Positions 11,218 through 22,869 of a DNA stretch of 64,000 bases are shown piece by piece. The notes below the pieces were generated by a model. That model searched no databases and was not told the DNA's origin. It worked only from the letters and a program-made list of their open reading frames with translations. Each line of letters opens with the position of its first letter. Position 1 is the stretch's first letter. A program made the translations under genes and the position numbers. Origin of the DNA: Centroscyllium fabricii (taxonomy: Eukaryota); assembly GCA_051313645.2 (NCBI GenBank), contig JBNRSN020000029.1, positions 40,982,001 to 41,046,000 on the forward strand, in the 5' to 3' direction.

Positions 11218-14200
11218 AGGGAGTCGTACTGGTGAGTCGAACTCCTACAAGACTCTCTCCCAATCCACAACCCTTGTGCCAGGCCAGACTTCTTCTTCCT
11301 AGGGGATCCCAGACTCTCGTCACCTTTATTGACTCTGGAGCGGACGTCAACATTATTGATGAGGATCTGGTCACACAGCTGGAGATTGACCGGGTTCCAT
11401 TGCCACAGCCGGTTCCTGCCAACGCCCTTGATGGCCACCTCCTGGGAACGGTGACACATCAGACCTCACCGGTTCATATGCTTATGTCTGGAAATCATCA
11501 TGAAAGCATTCAATTTCATATCGTGAAATCACCTCGGCTTCCTTTGATTCTGGGACACACTTGGCTTCGCCGCCACAACCCCCACATTGACTGGAACACG
11601 GGAGCTATTTTAGGGTGGAGTTCCTCCTGTCACCAGGTCTGTCTGAAACAGGCTACCGTCATCCGACAGCCATTAACACCTCTTCCCGCTTCAGATCTTT
11701 CGGTGGATCCAACTGAATACCATGATTTTAGGGAGGTATTCAGCAAAGCTAGAGCCACGTCACTACCTCCACATCGCCCCTATGACTGCGTCATTGATCT
11801 GCTGCCAGATTCTTCCCCACCCAAGGGACGTCTGTATTCTTTGTCTGCACCTGAGAGGGAGGCCATGGAAACGTACATCAGTGACTCTATGGCGGCGGGG
11901 ATCATCCGTTCCTCTTCATCACCTGCTGGGGCTGGATTCTTTTTTGTGGGCAAGAAGGATGGGTCGCTGCGACCATGCATCGACTACAGGGGCCTTAATG
12001 ACATTACGGTAAAGAACCGGTATCCTCTTCCTCTCATCTCTTCTGCTTTTGAGCTGTTACAGGGGGCGAACATCTTTACAAAGCTGGATCTTCGCAACGC
12101 CTATCATCTGGTCCGGATACGAGAGGGCGATGAATGGAAGACTGCTTTCAACACACCCTCTGGACATTACGAATACCTCGTAATGCCGTTCGGGTTAACC
12201 AACGCCCCGGCGGTATTCCAAGCCTTGGTTAATGATGTTTTAGGAGACATGCTGAACCGTTTTGTGTTCATGTACATGGACGACATTTTAATCTTTTCTA
12301 AGTCTCGTGAGGAGCATGTTCACCATGTCCAGACTGTCCTACAATGGCTTCTGGAGAACTCACTATTCGTGAAGGCAGAGAAGTGTGAGTTTCACGTCAC
12401 TACCGTTTCTTTCTTGGGGTACATCATTGCGCAGGGGAGCGTGCAGATGGATCCAGAGAAGGTGTCAGCTGTCGCGTCATGGCCTATTCCAGAGACACGT
12501 AAACAGCTACAGCGGTTTCTGGGATTCGCCAATTTCTATCGACGGTTCATTCGCGGCTACAGCACGGTAGCGGCCCCGTTATCGGCTCTTACCTCCTCTA
12601 AGGTGCCGTTCCTGTGGTCCTCTGCAGCGGAGGAGGCTTTTCGCGATCTCAGGTCCCGGTTCACCTCTGCTCCCATTCTCCAGGTGCCTGATCCGGATCA
12701 GCAGTTCGTGGTAGAGGTGGACGCATCAGATGTTGGAGTAGGGGCTATTCTGTCCCAATATTCGGCTTCCAACCAAAAGCTACATCCTTGTGCCTATTTT
12801 TCCAAACGCCTGTCCTCGGCTGAGATGAACTATGACATCGGGACCCGGGAGTTACTGGCGGTCAAAATGGCATTGGAGGAGTGGCGCCATTGGCTAGAGG
12901 GGACCAAGCTGCCGTTCCTAGTATGGACCGACCACAAAAACCTTGAATAGATTCGCATGGCCAAGAGGCTGAATTCACGGCAGGCTAGGTGGTCCCTCTT
13001 TTTTACCCGTTTCAAATTCACCCTCTCCTACAGGCCTGGTTCTCGCAATGTCAAGCCTGATGCTCTGTCCCGCGAGTTCCAGAAGGAGGAGGGTTCCACT
13101 CCTGGATCTGACCTCATCCTTCCAGCTCCTTGTCTTATTGCTGTGGTTACGTGGGAGATCGAGGAGAGGGTGAGATCAGCCGTGGAGGATCAGGCTGGAC
13201 CCAGCGGTTGTCCTCCCGACCGTCTATTCGTTCCCACGAACCTTCGACCTGATGTTCTCCTGTGGGCCCATGCTTCCAAGCTTTCCTGCCATCCGGGGGC
13301 TCAAAGGACCAAGGAGGTTATATTGCGGAGGTTCTGGTGGGATACGCTGGAAGAAGATACCCGGCAGTTTGTCAACGCCTGCTCGGTATGCAACCAACAC
13401 AAGCCGTCTCGTCGGGCTCCCGCTGGTCTCCTGCAACCTCTGCCGATACCACATCGTCCTTGGTCCCACATATCCTTGGACTTTGTTACCGGTCTGCCTC
13501 CATCCAAGGGACTAACCACGATCCTGACTGTGGTGGACCGATTCAGCAAGATGGCCCACTTCATACCTCTGCCTAAACTGCCCTCAGCGAAGGAGACAGC
13601 TGAACTTATGCTGCAACATGTTTTCCGGCTTCATGTGCTTCCTTTAGACGTAGTCTCTGATCGGGGTCCTCAATTTACGTCTGTATTCTGGAGGGAGTTC
13701 TGCAGTCTGATTGGGGCCACAGTCAGTCTGTCGTTGGGTTTTCATCCGCAGTCCAACGGGCAGTCAGAACGTATGAATCAGGAGATGGAGAAGGCGCTCC
13801 GATGCATAGTCTCCCAGAATCCCTCTTCCTGGTCCCAGCTACTCCTATGGGTAGAGTAAGCTCACAACACTCTGTCCAGTTCCGCCACCGGACTCTCTCC
13901 GTTCCAGTGCGCCTATGGATTACAGCCCACATTGTTTCCGGACCTGGAAAGGGAGGTTTCCTGTCCGTCCGTCCAGGCATTTATTCATCGTTGTCGCCGG
14001 ACATGGGAGCAGGCTCGGACTTCATTGCTTCGCTCGGCGGATCGCTACTCGGCTGCTGCCAACCGTCGTCACTCGGAAGCTCCTAAATATCAGGCTGGGC
14101 AGAAGGTGTGGCTCTCCACTAAGGACCTGCCTCTCCAAGTGGAGTCGAAGAAGCTTGCTCCCCGTTTGATCGGGCCCTTCGAGGTCCAGAAGATCATCAA

Positions 14201-14669
14201 CCCAGCTGCTGTGAGACTCAAGCTTCCTCAATCCATGCGGGTTCATCCCACGTTTCATGTTTCACGAATCAAACCAGCACGTGAGAGTGCTTTGGTTCCT
14301 GTTGCCACGCCCCCTCCACCTCCTCGTATGCTCGACGGTGGGTTGGTCTACGCTGTGCGTCGCCTGCTTCGCTCCCGTCGTCGAGGAAGAGGACTTCAGT
14401 ACCTGGTGGACTGGGAGGGGTATGGTCCAGAAGAGAGGTCCTGGGTTCCTGCTCGCCACATAGTGGATCCTCAACTTATAGTCGATTTCCACAAAAGGCA
14501 ACCCGACCAGCCAAGTAGGAGGACTGCGACCCCTGGGGAGTCTGGACAAGGGTCCGGTTCCGTGCAGTCTCTGGAAACCCTGAACGAGGAGGTACAATCT
14601 GCTAATGATGAAGATTCCCTTCATTCTTGTGATGAGATGGACGTGGATGAGGGCCCCGAGGAATGTTAG
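11187..14669 (+). pseudogene. pol: Pol (PR, RT, RNase H, IN, chromodomain), one reading frame with two premature stops
   Basis: FIDSGAD protease; YMDD RT; VEVDASDVG and TDHKNL RNase H; HHCC and DDE integrase; GPF motif; chromodomain [15 protein letters not shown]. ORFs 11187, 12957 and 13932 share one frame, broken by TAG (12948-12950) and TAA (13857-13859). Confidence 0.93.
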
Positions 14670-14753
14670 TCCCTCCTCCGCACCCCTCCGCCCACCCGAT
14701 TCTGGCATTTGGGGTTTGGGACGTCAGGAGTCGGCCCTTGAGGGGGGGGGTTC

Positions 14754-15251
14754 TGTCATAGGTTGGATTCCCCTTTAAATCCTAGGTGGGCTCTTCTCCT
14801 TTAAACTGGCCAGCACCTCGTTAACTACTGCATACACCTGATTGGACAGCCCAAATTAACCAGTAGTATCTTGAGCTGTATATAAGCTCGCACTTTGCAC
14901 CATGAGTTTGCCAGATCGTTAAATCTCTTACTGTGATACATGTGTTTTTGTTCCTAGCTCTCTGATCCTGTCTATTCGTGATACTGACCTGCTTACCGGA
15001 AATTTCGATTCTATTCTGCTTGAACTCTGTGTTGGATTTGTCGCTCCCGTGAACGGACTACCTGGAAAATTACTGCTTCTGTATTTGGATTCTCTCCTAC
15101 CTGAACTCTGTTTTGGACTTGTTGCTTCCGTGAACTTTCTGCCGTTATTGACTTACTGTTTCTATATCTTCTGATGACTCAGAAATAAAGGAATTTATTT
15201 CTACGCTGGTTTTCGGTGTTTTGCATTTGGGCCCAACCTACAACCGTTACA
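14754..15251 (+). repeat. 3' LTR of sushi-type element
   Basis: Direct repeat of 9734-10231, preceded by a poly-G PPT. Confidence 0.95.
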
Positions 15252-15411
15252 GGATGGGGTCGAACGTCATAAATGTTGTTGGAAGTTCACTAATTCAGGC
15301 AGGTGGACAGAATTTCATCACACACCGGACTTGTGCCTTGTAGAACGCGGCGAGGCCTTGGGGATTCATCTGGTGTCTAATTAGCTGCAGCATACCCAGT
15401 CTCTCTCCTGC

Positions 15412-15810
15412 GGCATGGTGGCATAGTGATTAGCACTGTGACATAGTGGTTAGCACTGTTGCCTCACAGCACTGGAGACCCGCATTCAAATCCGGCCTCA
15501 GGTACTATCTGTGGGGAGTTTGCACATTCTCCCTGTGTCTGCATGGGTTTCCTCCGGGTGCTCCGGTTTCCTCCCACAGTCCAAATATGTGCGGGTTAGG
15601 TTGATTGGCCATGATAAATTGACCCTTAGTGTTAGGGGGATTAAATATGTGGGGCTACGGGGATAGGGTGGGATATGTTTCGGTGCAGGCTCGATAGGGA
15701 TATAGGGACAAGGTGCTGGGTTTGGATGATCAGCCATGATCTCATTGATGGCGGAGCAGGCTCAAAGGGCCGAACGGCCTACTCCTGCTTCTATGTTTCT
15801 ATGTTTTTCT
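15412..15810 (+). mobile_element. tRNA-derived SINE (HE1/V-SINE type) with CR1-like tail
   Basis: A/B-box-like head, core GGGTTTCCTCCGGGTGCTCCGGTTTCCTCCCACAGTCCAAA, tail GGCGGAGCAGGCTC..CCTACTCCTGCTTCTATGTTTCTATG shared with the CR1 3' end. Confidence 0.88.
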
Positions 15811-17091
15811 AGCCACAGTATTTTTGTTGCTGGTCCAGTTAAGTTTCTGGTCAATGCTGACCCAGAGGATGTTGATGGTGGGAGATTTGGCGATGATAAT
15901 GTCATTGAATGCCAAGGGGAGGCGTTAGGTTTTCTCTTGTTGAAGACGTTCATTACTAGCCTAAGCCTGAATTTTCTCGCGGTCTTGCTGCACGTGCACA
16001 CTGAATGCTTCATGTTCGGAGGAGTTGTGAATGGAACTGAACACTGTGAAATCATCAGAGAACATCTAAATTCTGCCCTTTAGAGTGACGGTAGCTCATT
16101 GAAAGTAGCTGAAGATGGTTGGGCCGAGGATACTCTCCTGAATAACTTCAGCAGCGAATTCCTCTGGTTGAGATGGTTGACATCTGCAACCACAACCATT
16201 TTCCTTCCTGCTAGTTATGACTATTGCCGATGGAGAATGTTCGCACTGATTATCATTGACCTCAGTTTTATTAGGGCTCCTTGATAACACACTCGATCGA
16301 TTGCTGCCTTACTATCAAGGGCAGTCAAACTCATCTCACCTTCGGATTTGCGCTAATTTCTCAATGTTTTGTCCAAAGCTGTAATGAGACCTGGAGCCGA
16401 GTGGTCCTGGCCAAATCCAAAATGTGCATCGGTGAGTAGAATATTAGTGAGCAAGTTTCACTTGTTCTACTGTTGACGACATTCCATTACTTTGCCAGTG
16501 GTTGAAAGGAGACCAATGCGACGGTAATTGGCTGCATTTGATTTGTCCTGCCTTTGTGAACAGGACATACCTGTGCAATTGTTCACATTGTCGTGTAGAT
16601 GCTAATATTGTGGCTGTACTGCAAATGCATGGCTAGCTCTGGAGCACAAGACTTCAGAACTGCAGCTGCGTTGTTGTCGGGGCCCAGAGCCTTTGCTGTA
16701 TCCTGTGCGCTCAGCGTTTCCTAATAGTACATGGGTTGAATTGAGTTGACCGAAGACTGGCTTCTGTGATGGTGGAATTTTAAGAGCAGGCCGAGACTGA
16801 TATCTACATATAATGGATCTCAAAAGAAAACCATATTGGAATACCAAGCTTCTATACTTCCTCGGTGGGAACCTATATAAGCACTTCTAATATTTTCTTC
16901 TTTGGCTGGGTGTCCTACTGATGTTGTCAACCTTTCTAAAGCGTCTTATAACGTTTGTCTACTTTAAAGTCCATTTATGCAGCTCATGTTGTTCTTCTTT
17001 TGCAGCAATCATCTAATGGATCTCAGGATTTACCCACCACGTGAATGCAGCATACAAAAAACACAAAAAAGCAATAAACGTCTGTACTCAC

Positions 17092-17148
17092 ATAGCACGG
17101 CTATCTCATTGCTCAGGACCTCGCAAACATCTGTTAATTGTTTTGACT
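17092..17148 (-). CDS. candidate 57-nt exon (xSKQLTDVCEVLSNEIAVL)
   Basis: tctatcttcag|...GCCGTGCTAT|gtgagt; canonical sites, multiple of 3, open in phase 1. Confidence 0.5.
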
Positions 17149-17707
17149 CTGAAGATAGATCCGGTGTCTAATGCGGACTTCATTGCAGTAATTGATAGAA
17201 TGTCATTAACTTGCTGATGGACTGTATGCCGTTCATTTCATATGCTTATTTGGCTAAAACATTGAAATTATACGTGATATATCCAGCAAGTGTATACACG
17301 ATGTAAAGATAACATGTTTTTACACTTGTTCTTTACGCCTGCAGCAAGACAGAATAGATACCCTTCCAATCTGTTCTTCGGAGTGCCTTTTGGAATGTTC
17401 TGCCTGCGGTTTGTGGACATAATTTTTGTGCAAATGTGATATACATAGATGCCAGGCGTTCAGCCATTTGAAATCCGAAATTTCGAATTGCGGGAATAGT
17501 TTAGACAGTTTGCAATAGCAACTAATGAATTAACGTAATCCCCTTCGAATGGCAGAATTAAAAAGAACAACTTATTTGATCGAAATTATTCAACCTACAC
17601 TGTGGATTTAAGTAATGTTCAGTGTTGCAAATATTCTGTTAGTGTTCCAAATTCTGAAAGTCAAAAGCGCCAAAACAAAAAAATGTAAACTACCCTATGT
17701 GACTTAC

Positions 17708-17734
17708 TGCTTTTTTGGAGAAGTTCTTTGCATT
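17708..17734 (-). CDS. candidate 27-nt micro-exon (ECKELLQKS)
   Basis: tattttttttaag|AATGCAAAGAACTTCTCCAAAAAAGCA|gtaagt; paralogous to 40940-40966 (DCKQLLRKS). Confidence 0.6.
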
Positions 17735-17954
17735 CTTAAAAAAAATAAATGATTATATACATATATATATATATTATTTGAAAGTAATATGAAAAGAACA
17801 GACCCAGGTTTCCTAAAACTTGTCAAGCCGAGTTTATAATTGAATAAATACTGCTATTACTCTGTTAAAGTTTACGGTATCTATGAGTTAGCTTTTGCCA
17901 GTGAGGCAGTATTATGTAAGTTAAAGTATGCTGGATTTGTTTGCCAAATGTTAT

Positions 17955-18418
17955 GGGGCAGAAATTCCGATCCCTACGGGTATGTTGGAAATATCGGTAT
18001 CAGGCAAGCACTGCGCATGCGCTGGAAACTAGCATTTCCGATCTGCCAAGAAAGCTCTTGACAGATGCTCCGGCTGCCCTGGAGAAGTGCCTCTGCGGGT
18101 GGAGAGTTCCGCTTTTTGCAGACCCTCTGCACGCAGAAATCAGGTAGCCCTGTCAAAAGTGTGAATGATGGTCACTGAAAAAGCACACGACAGCATTAAA
18201 TATATTTCAGCGGGCGGAGGTTCTGCAGAAAACGGAACTCACCACCGGCAAAGGCCCTTCTTCTGGGCAGGCGTGTGATGTATAAAGAGGATTCTTGACA
18301 GATCGGTTGTGCCGGTTTGCAGTGCATGCTCATCGCATGCCTGAAATCGGCACTTGCGAGGTCCCTACCAGTGTGTGCACAGCTCGAACACACACCTAGA
18401 CATCCGAAATTATGGGCC
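17955..18418. mobile_element. short, quasi-palindromic MITE copy
   Basis: tat|GGGGCAGAAATTCCG ... CCGAAATTATGGGCC|aat; both halves resemble the 500-746 terminus. Confidence 0.65.
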
Positions 18419-18703
18419 AATGTCTTATTATTTCAATAGTTGTACCTCACTTCAACTGCATAATAAGCAGAAATACAGTAAACATGAAACAAATATGTAA
18501 ATGATCTAAAATTTACAACACAAGGCGAGAGATACTGTTCAATATGCAAAGTTGTCGCTTTCTGTACAGTCGGGAAATTGTGTACAAATGCGCCGACATT
18601 GTGCCGGATATGTTACATTCAAATTTCTGTTAAAAATCGATTGCTTAATAGCAAACGTAAAATCTGTTATGAACCAGCGCAATCAGGCAGAATAATAGAA
18701 CAT

Positions 18704-21700
18704 TGTAGTGCATGCAGGCCTGAAGAACCGCGCTGGAGACAGTGAGATTGGATAACACTCATTTATTGCTTTACTCTGCAGGAGCCAGGTAGCGAAGAGA
18801 GTGAGCTACCTGGAACGGGCTTATTTAAAGGGCCCGCGATTGGTGACGTCACTACGCCAGAAGTCGCGGTGACGGCATCACGCTGGAAGTCGCAGTGACG
18901 TCATCACGTCACCCGATGGGCGGGGCCGTGCCCCGCAGTACTCCCGAGGCGGATTCGATGGTCCTGGTGGGCGTGTCGCCACACAGCTCCCCCCCAGAAT
19001 CTGTGAGGGAGAATAAAGTAAAAATAAAAAAAGGGAGCATAAAGTTAAAATAAAAAAAGGGAGAATAAAAGATGAGTCTCAGGCGAGGCATTGAGGTGGC
19101 CGGATGATGTGGCCGGCACATGTCGTGCACTGCTCGTTGTTCTGCGTGGGAGTGTGGGCGGGTTTTGGTGCGGTAGGGCGTCCGCATTTTGGTGGCTGCG
19201 CGGGGAATATTGTCTCACCCGCCATTACATGTGCCGGTTTGAGCCGGTCAATCGAGACAGTTTCAGTTCTGTTGCCCATTTTGATTTCGAATGTCTTAGG
19301 TCCCGCCCGAAGCACTCTGTACGGTCCGTCGTACTGTGGCTGTAGTGGTGGTCGATGTGCATTGTGGCGGACAAACACAAATTCGGCATTCTTGATGCCC
19401 TCTGGAACACGTGCTGCCGGCTCTCCATGCCGGGCCACCGTTAGTGGTTTGAACGATCCTGCCTGGTTGTTGAACTCTTTGAGGCACCGGTCAGCTGACC
19501 AGGGATCGTTGGGGTCTGCGAGGAACACGCCTGGCACGGTTAGGGGTTGGATGTAGACGAGTTCCGCCGCTGAGGCATGCAGGTCTTCCTTGGCCGCTGA
19601 GCGCAGGCCGAGAGTTACCCAGGGCAGGCGGTCGGTCCAGGTTGCATTCTTCAGAATGGCCCGTAGGGAAGCTTTGATGCAGCGGTGGAACCGTTCGCAG
19701 AGGCCGTTGGCCTGTGGGTGGTAGGCAGTGGTTCGGTGCAGGGTTACCCAGAGGTCATGGGCGATGGTCGCCCATAGTTTTGAGGTGAATTGGGGGCCCA
19801 TGTCCGACGTAATGTCGGTGGGTACGCCGAAACGTGCGACGCAGGTGGCGAAGAAGGCCCTGGCCAGGTCCGCAGTGGTGGTAGCGATGAGTGGGACCGC
19901 TTCCGGCCAGCGGGTGCTGCGGTCGACCATTGTCATGACGTGTGTACAACCCCGTGATGGCGCTAGTGGTCCGACCAGGTCGATGTGGACGTGGCCGAAG
20001 CGTCTAGCTGGGATGGTGAACGTTTCTAGTGGTGCCTTGATGTGTTGTATGTCGGTGGTAAACTCCGACATGGCCGCGAGCTGGCGCTGCTGCCTGGCCA
20101 ACCAGGGTTCGGTGATCTTAGCCATTGCAGGCACAAGTGGCTTGTGATCCACGACGGCTGTAAAGTGGCGGCCCTCTAAGAGGAAGCGGAAGTGGCGCAC
20201 TGCGAGGTAGGGAGCGAGTCGAAGGCGCTGTACTTCGCCTCCGGGGGCCGGAGTTGCTGGCTGAAAAAGGCCAGGGGTTGCCAGGAGTTGCCTGTCCACT
20301 GCTCGCAGACTGCTCCGACAGCGTGGTCGGAGGCGTCGGTGGTGAGGGCTACTCTGGCATTGGGCCTAGGGTGGGCTAGGAGCGTGGCATTGGCCAGGGC
20401 GGTTTTGGTTGCGCTGAAGGCGGTGGTGGCTTCGGCCGTCCACTCGACCGCAGCCTTGTTGGACTGCCCGCGGGTGGCCTGATAGAGGGGTGCCATGAGA
20501 ACGGCTGCTCCTGGGATGAAGCGGTTATAGAAATTAACCATCCCAAGGAATTCCTGCAGCCCCTTGATGGAGTGCGGGCGGGGGAATTCCTGGGCCACCT
20601 GCACCTTGGAGGGCAGGGGTATGGCCCCGGTCTGGGAAATGCGGTGGCCGAGGAAGTCGATCGTCTCGAGGCTGAACCGAAATTTGGAGGGGCTTATTAT
20701 TAGGCCGTGTTCGACCAGGCGTTTGAACAGGGTCCTGAAATGGATGAGGTGTTCCTGGGGTGAGGTGCTGGTCACGAGGATGTCATCCAGGTAGACGAAC
20801 GTGAACTGCAAGTCCCGTAGGACTGAGTCCATGTGGCGTTGGAAGGCCTGGGCCGCGTTTTTGAGTCCAAAGGGCATTCGGAGAAACTCGAAAAGGCCGA
20901 AAGGTTTAATGACCGCTGTCTTAGGGACGTCCGCCGGGTGCACTGGTACCTTGTGGTAACCCCGTACCAGGTCGATCTTTGAAAAGACCGTGCAGCCGGC
21001 TAGCCTTGCTGAGAAATCTTGGATGTGGGGGACGGGTTACCTTTCTGGGGTGGTGGCATTGTTGAGGCGGCGGTAGTCTCCGCAGGGGTGCCAGCCACCG
21101 CCAGGCTTGGGGGCGATGTGGAGGGGGGAGGCCCAGGGGCTGCTGGAGCGGCGGATTATGCCGAGTTGTTCCATGATGTGGAACTCGGTATGCACGTTCT
21201 CCAGCTTGGCCGGGTCCAGCCTGCGTGCGTGGGCATGGCCTGGAGGGCCTGTGGTGGTGATGTAATGCTCCACCCCATGCTTGGCCATGCGGGCTGTGAA
21301 GGAGGGGTTGGTGAGTGCTGGGAACTCCATGAGGAGCGTGCCGTATGTGCCGGAGTTCCGGGTTCGGCAGTGGGACGCTGCGTGGGCCTGATGTGCCGGC
21401 CCTGTGGAGCACGGGATGGTCGACATGTAGTGGATGTTGACCAGGCGGCACCGGGTCACGTCGACCAGTAGGCCATGGGCGCAGAGGAAATCCGCCCCGA
21501 GGAGGGGTAGTTTTACTTGGGCTGTGATGAAGTCCCACAGGTACGTGTGGCCTGCTAGCTTGATGGTGAGCTTGCGGGTGCCGTACGTAACTATCTCGGA
21601 GCCGTTTGCGGCTTCGAGTGGTGGGCCTTGGGTGCCTTGCTTGGATTCGGGGGGGGAGGCTGGCACGATGCTGTGCTGCGCGCCTGTGTCGCAGAGGAAG

Positions 21701-22869
21701 CGGAGGCCTGAGCCGCTGTCCGTGACAAAGAGCAGTGCTCCGGAGTGGCCTACGGACATGGTGGGGCTTGAGCTGGGCTGGGGTTTGAAGGTGCAGGGCT
21801 GGACCCAGCGCTGCGCTTTAGCTTCAAATCTGGTGTGATAGTAACACCAGCCGGGGCCTGTTGTGTGCGGCTTTTTGCGGTGTCGCGCTGGCCTGTGTTC
21901 AGACTTGGGGTCGGACCTGGGGTGCGCATGGTGGTGCTCCGGTGCCGTGGCAGCGGGCTCACACGTGGCGGAGCGGGAGCGCTTGGCCCTCATCAGCTTG
22001 TCGGCCTCCTCAGCCAGTTGCTCTCCACTGTAGTGGTAGAGGATCGTCAGAGCCGGTCTGATGGAGGGAGGCAGTTTGAGGAGGAACAAGGTGCGCTGAA
22101 TCGTGGCTGGGTCGCAATTGAGCGCTTCCATTTGGGCCCAGAGCTCCGATGGGTCTGAGTCCCCGAGTTCGAGGAGGTTAATGAGCTGGCAGTGGCGCTC
22201 AAACTGGGAGGGGGTGAATTTCTTTAGCAGCACAGCCTTAAGGAATTCATACCTGCCTGCGGTTGGTGCATGCTGTATCGTTGGCCACATTCGGTCGACC
22301 ATGGTCTGTGATAGGGCCGCGAAGAGCAGGTTGTAGCAATCGTCCCCCTGTACGCCATGGATGCGGTAGGTGTTCTCGATGCAGAGGAATCAGGCCGCTG
22401 GTCGTAGCTCCCAGAACTCTGGCAGAGTTGGTTTTTGGCCAGCGTTCTGGCCCAGTCTTTGAGGTCGCACTGTTTGGCTCCCTGATGGCATGTTGGTTTT
22501 GAGTGTACTGAGGCAGCTTGGCCCTCAGTCCTGCAGCATCTGCTTCATTTTGTTCCCTTGGAAGTCGTTCCAAGTATCGAGGTCACCACTGTAGTGCATG
22601 CAGGCCTGAAGAACCACGCTGGAGACAGTGAGATTGGATAACACTCATTTATTGCTTTACTCTGCAGTGGCTAGGTAGCGAAGAGAGTGAGCTACCTGGA
22701 ACGGGCTTATTTAAAGGGCCAGCGGTTGGTGACGTTACTACGCCGGAAGTCCCGGTGACGCCATCACGCCTGAAGTCGCGGTGTCGTCATCACATCACAC
22801 GATGGGCGGGGCCATGCCCCGCAGTACTCCCGAGGCGGATTCGATGGACTTGGTGGGCGTGTCGCCACA
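18704..22869 (-). mobile_element. Ty3/Gypsy LTR retrotransposon, CsRn1/Kabuki-like, decayed
   Basis: 280-bp LTRs at 18704-18983 and 22590-22869 with about 19 differences by eye; 4-bp TSD ACAT; PBS TGGTGACCTCGA (tRNA-Trp-like, 22577-22588); PPT is the reverse complement of 18987-18995. Confidence 0.93.
19079..22491 (-). pseudogene. gag-pol of the CsRn1-like element
   Basis: LPEFW..PAA*F Gag N-terminus; CYYHTRFEAKAQRWVQPC (CHCC knuckle with C>W); LCDTGA protease; YLDD RT; LTTDAS RNase H; HVHIDLVGP..D..E integrase; YDGPY. Contains stops, frameshifts and an internal deletion. Confidence 0.9.

Larger units (their letters stand above)
9734..15251 (+). mobile_element. full-length Ty3/Gypsy chromovirus LTR retrotransposon (Tf1/sushi group)
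   Basis: 498-bp TG..CA LTRs at 9734-10231 and 14754-15251 with 4 substitutions by eye; 5-bp TSD GGATG (9729-9733, 15252-15256); PPT at 14741-14750; gag plus PR-RT-RH-IN-chromodomain. Confidence 0.97.
9290..16800 (-). mobile_element. LINE of the same family as 7100-9287, opposite orientation, split by the LTR element and a SINE
   Basis: 3' end at about 9290 is the reverse complement of the tail seen at 38660-38720. Sequence resumes at 15252 after the GGATG TSD; minus-strand QESILGPTIFSYF at about 16100-16140. Confidence 0.75.

Noticed and set aside
12948-13859. Programmed read-through of the pol stops
   Set aside because: Both replace conserved Tyr codons by single changes inside RNase H and integrase, and a similar Tyr-to-stop occurs at 21037-21039; ordinary nonsense mutation is the simpler explanation.
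19091-22502. Many 80-150-aa plus-strand ORFs
   Set aside because: Antisense shadows of a GC-rich gag-pol with no independent domain signal.
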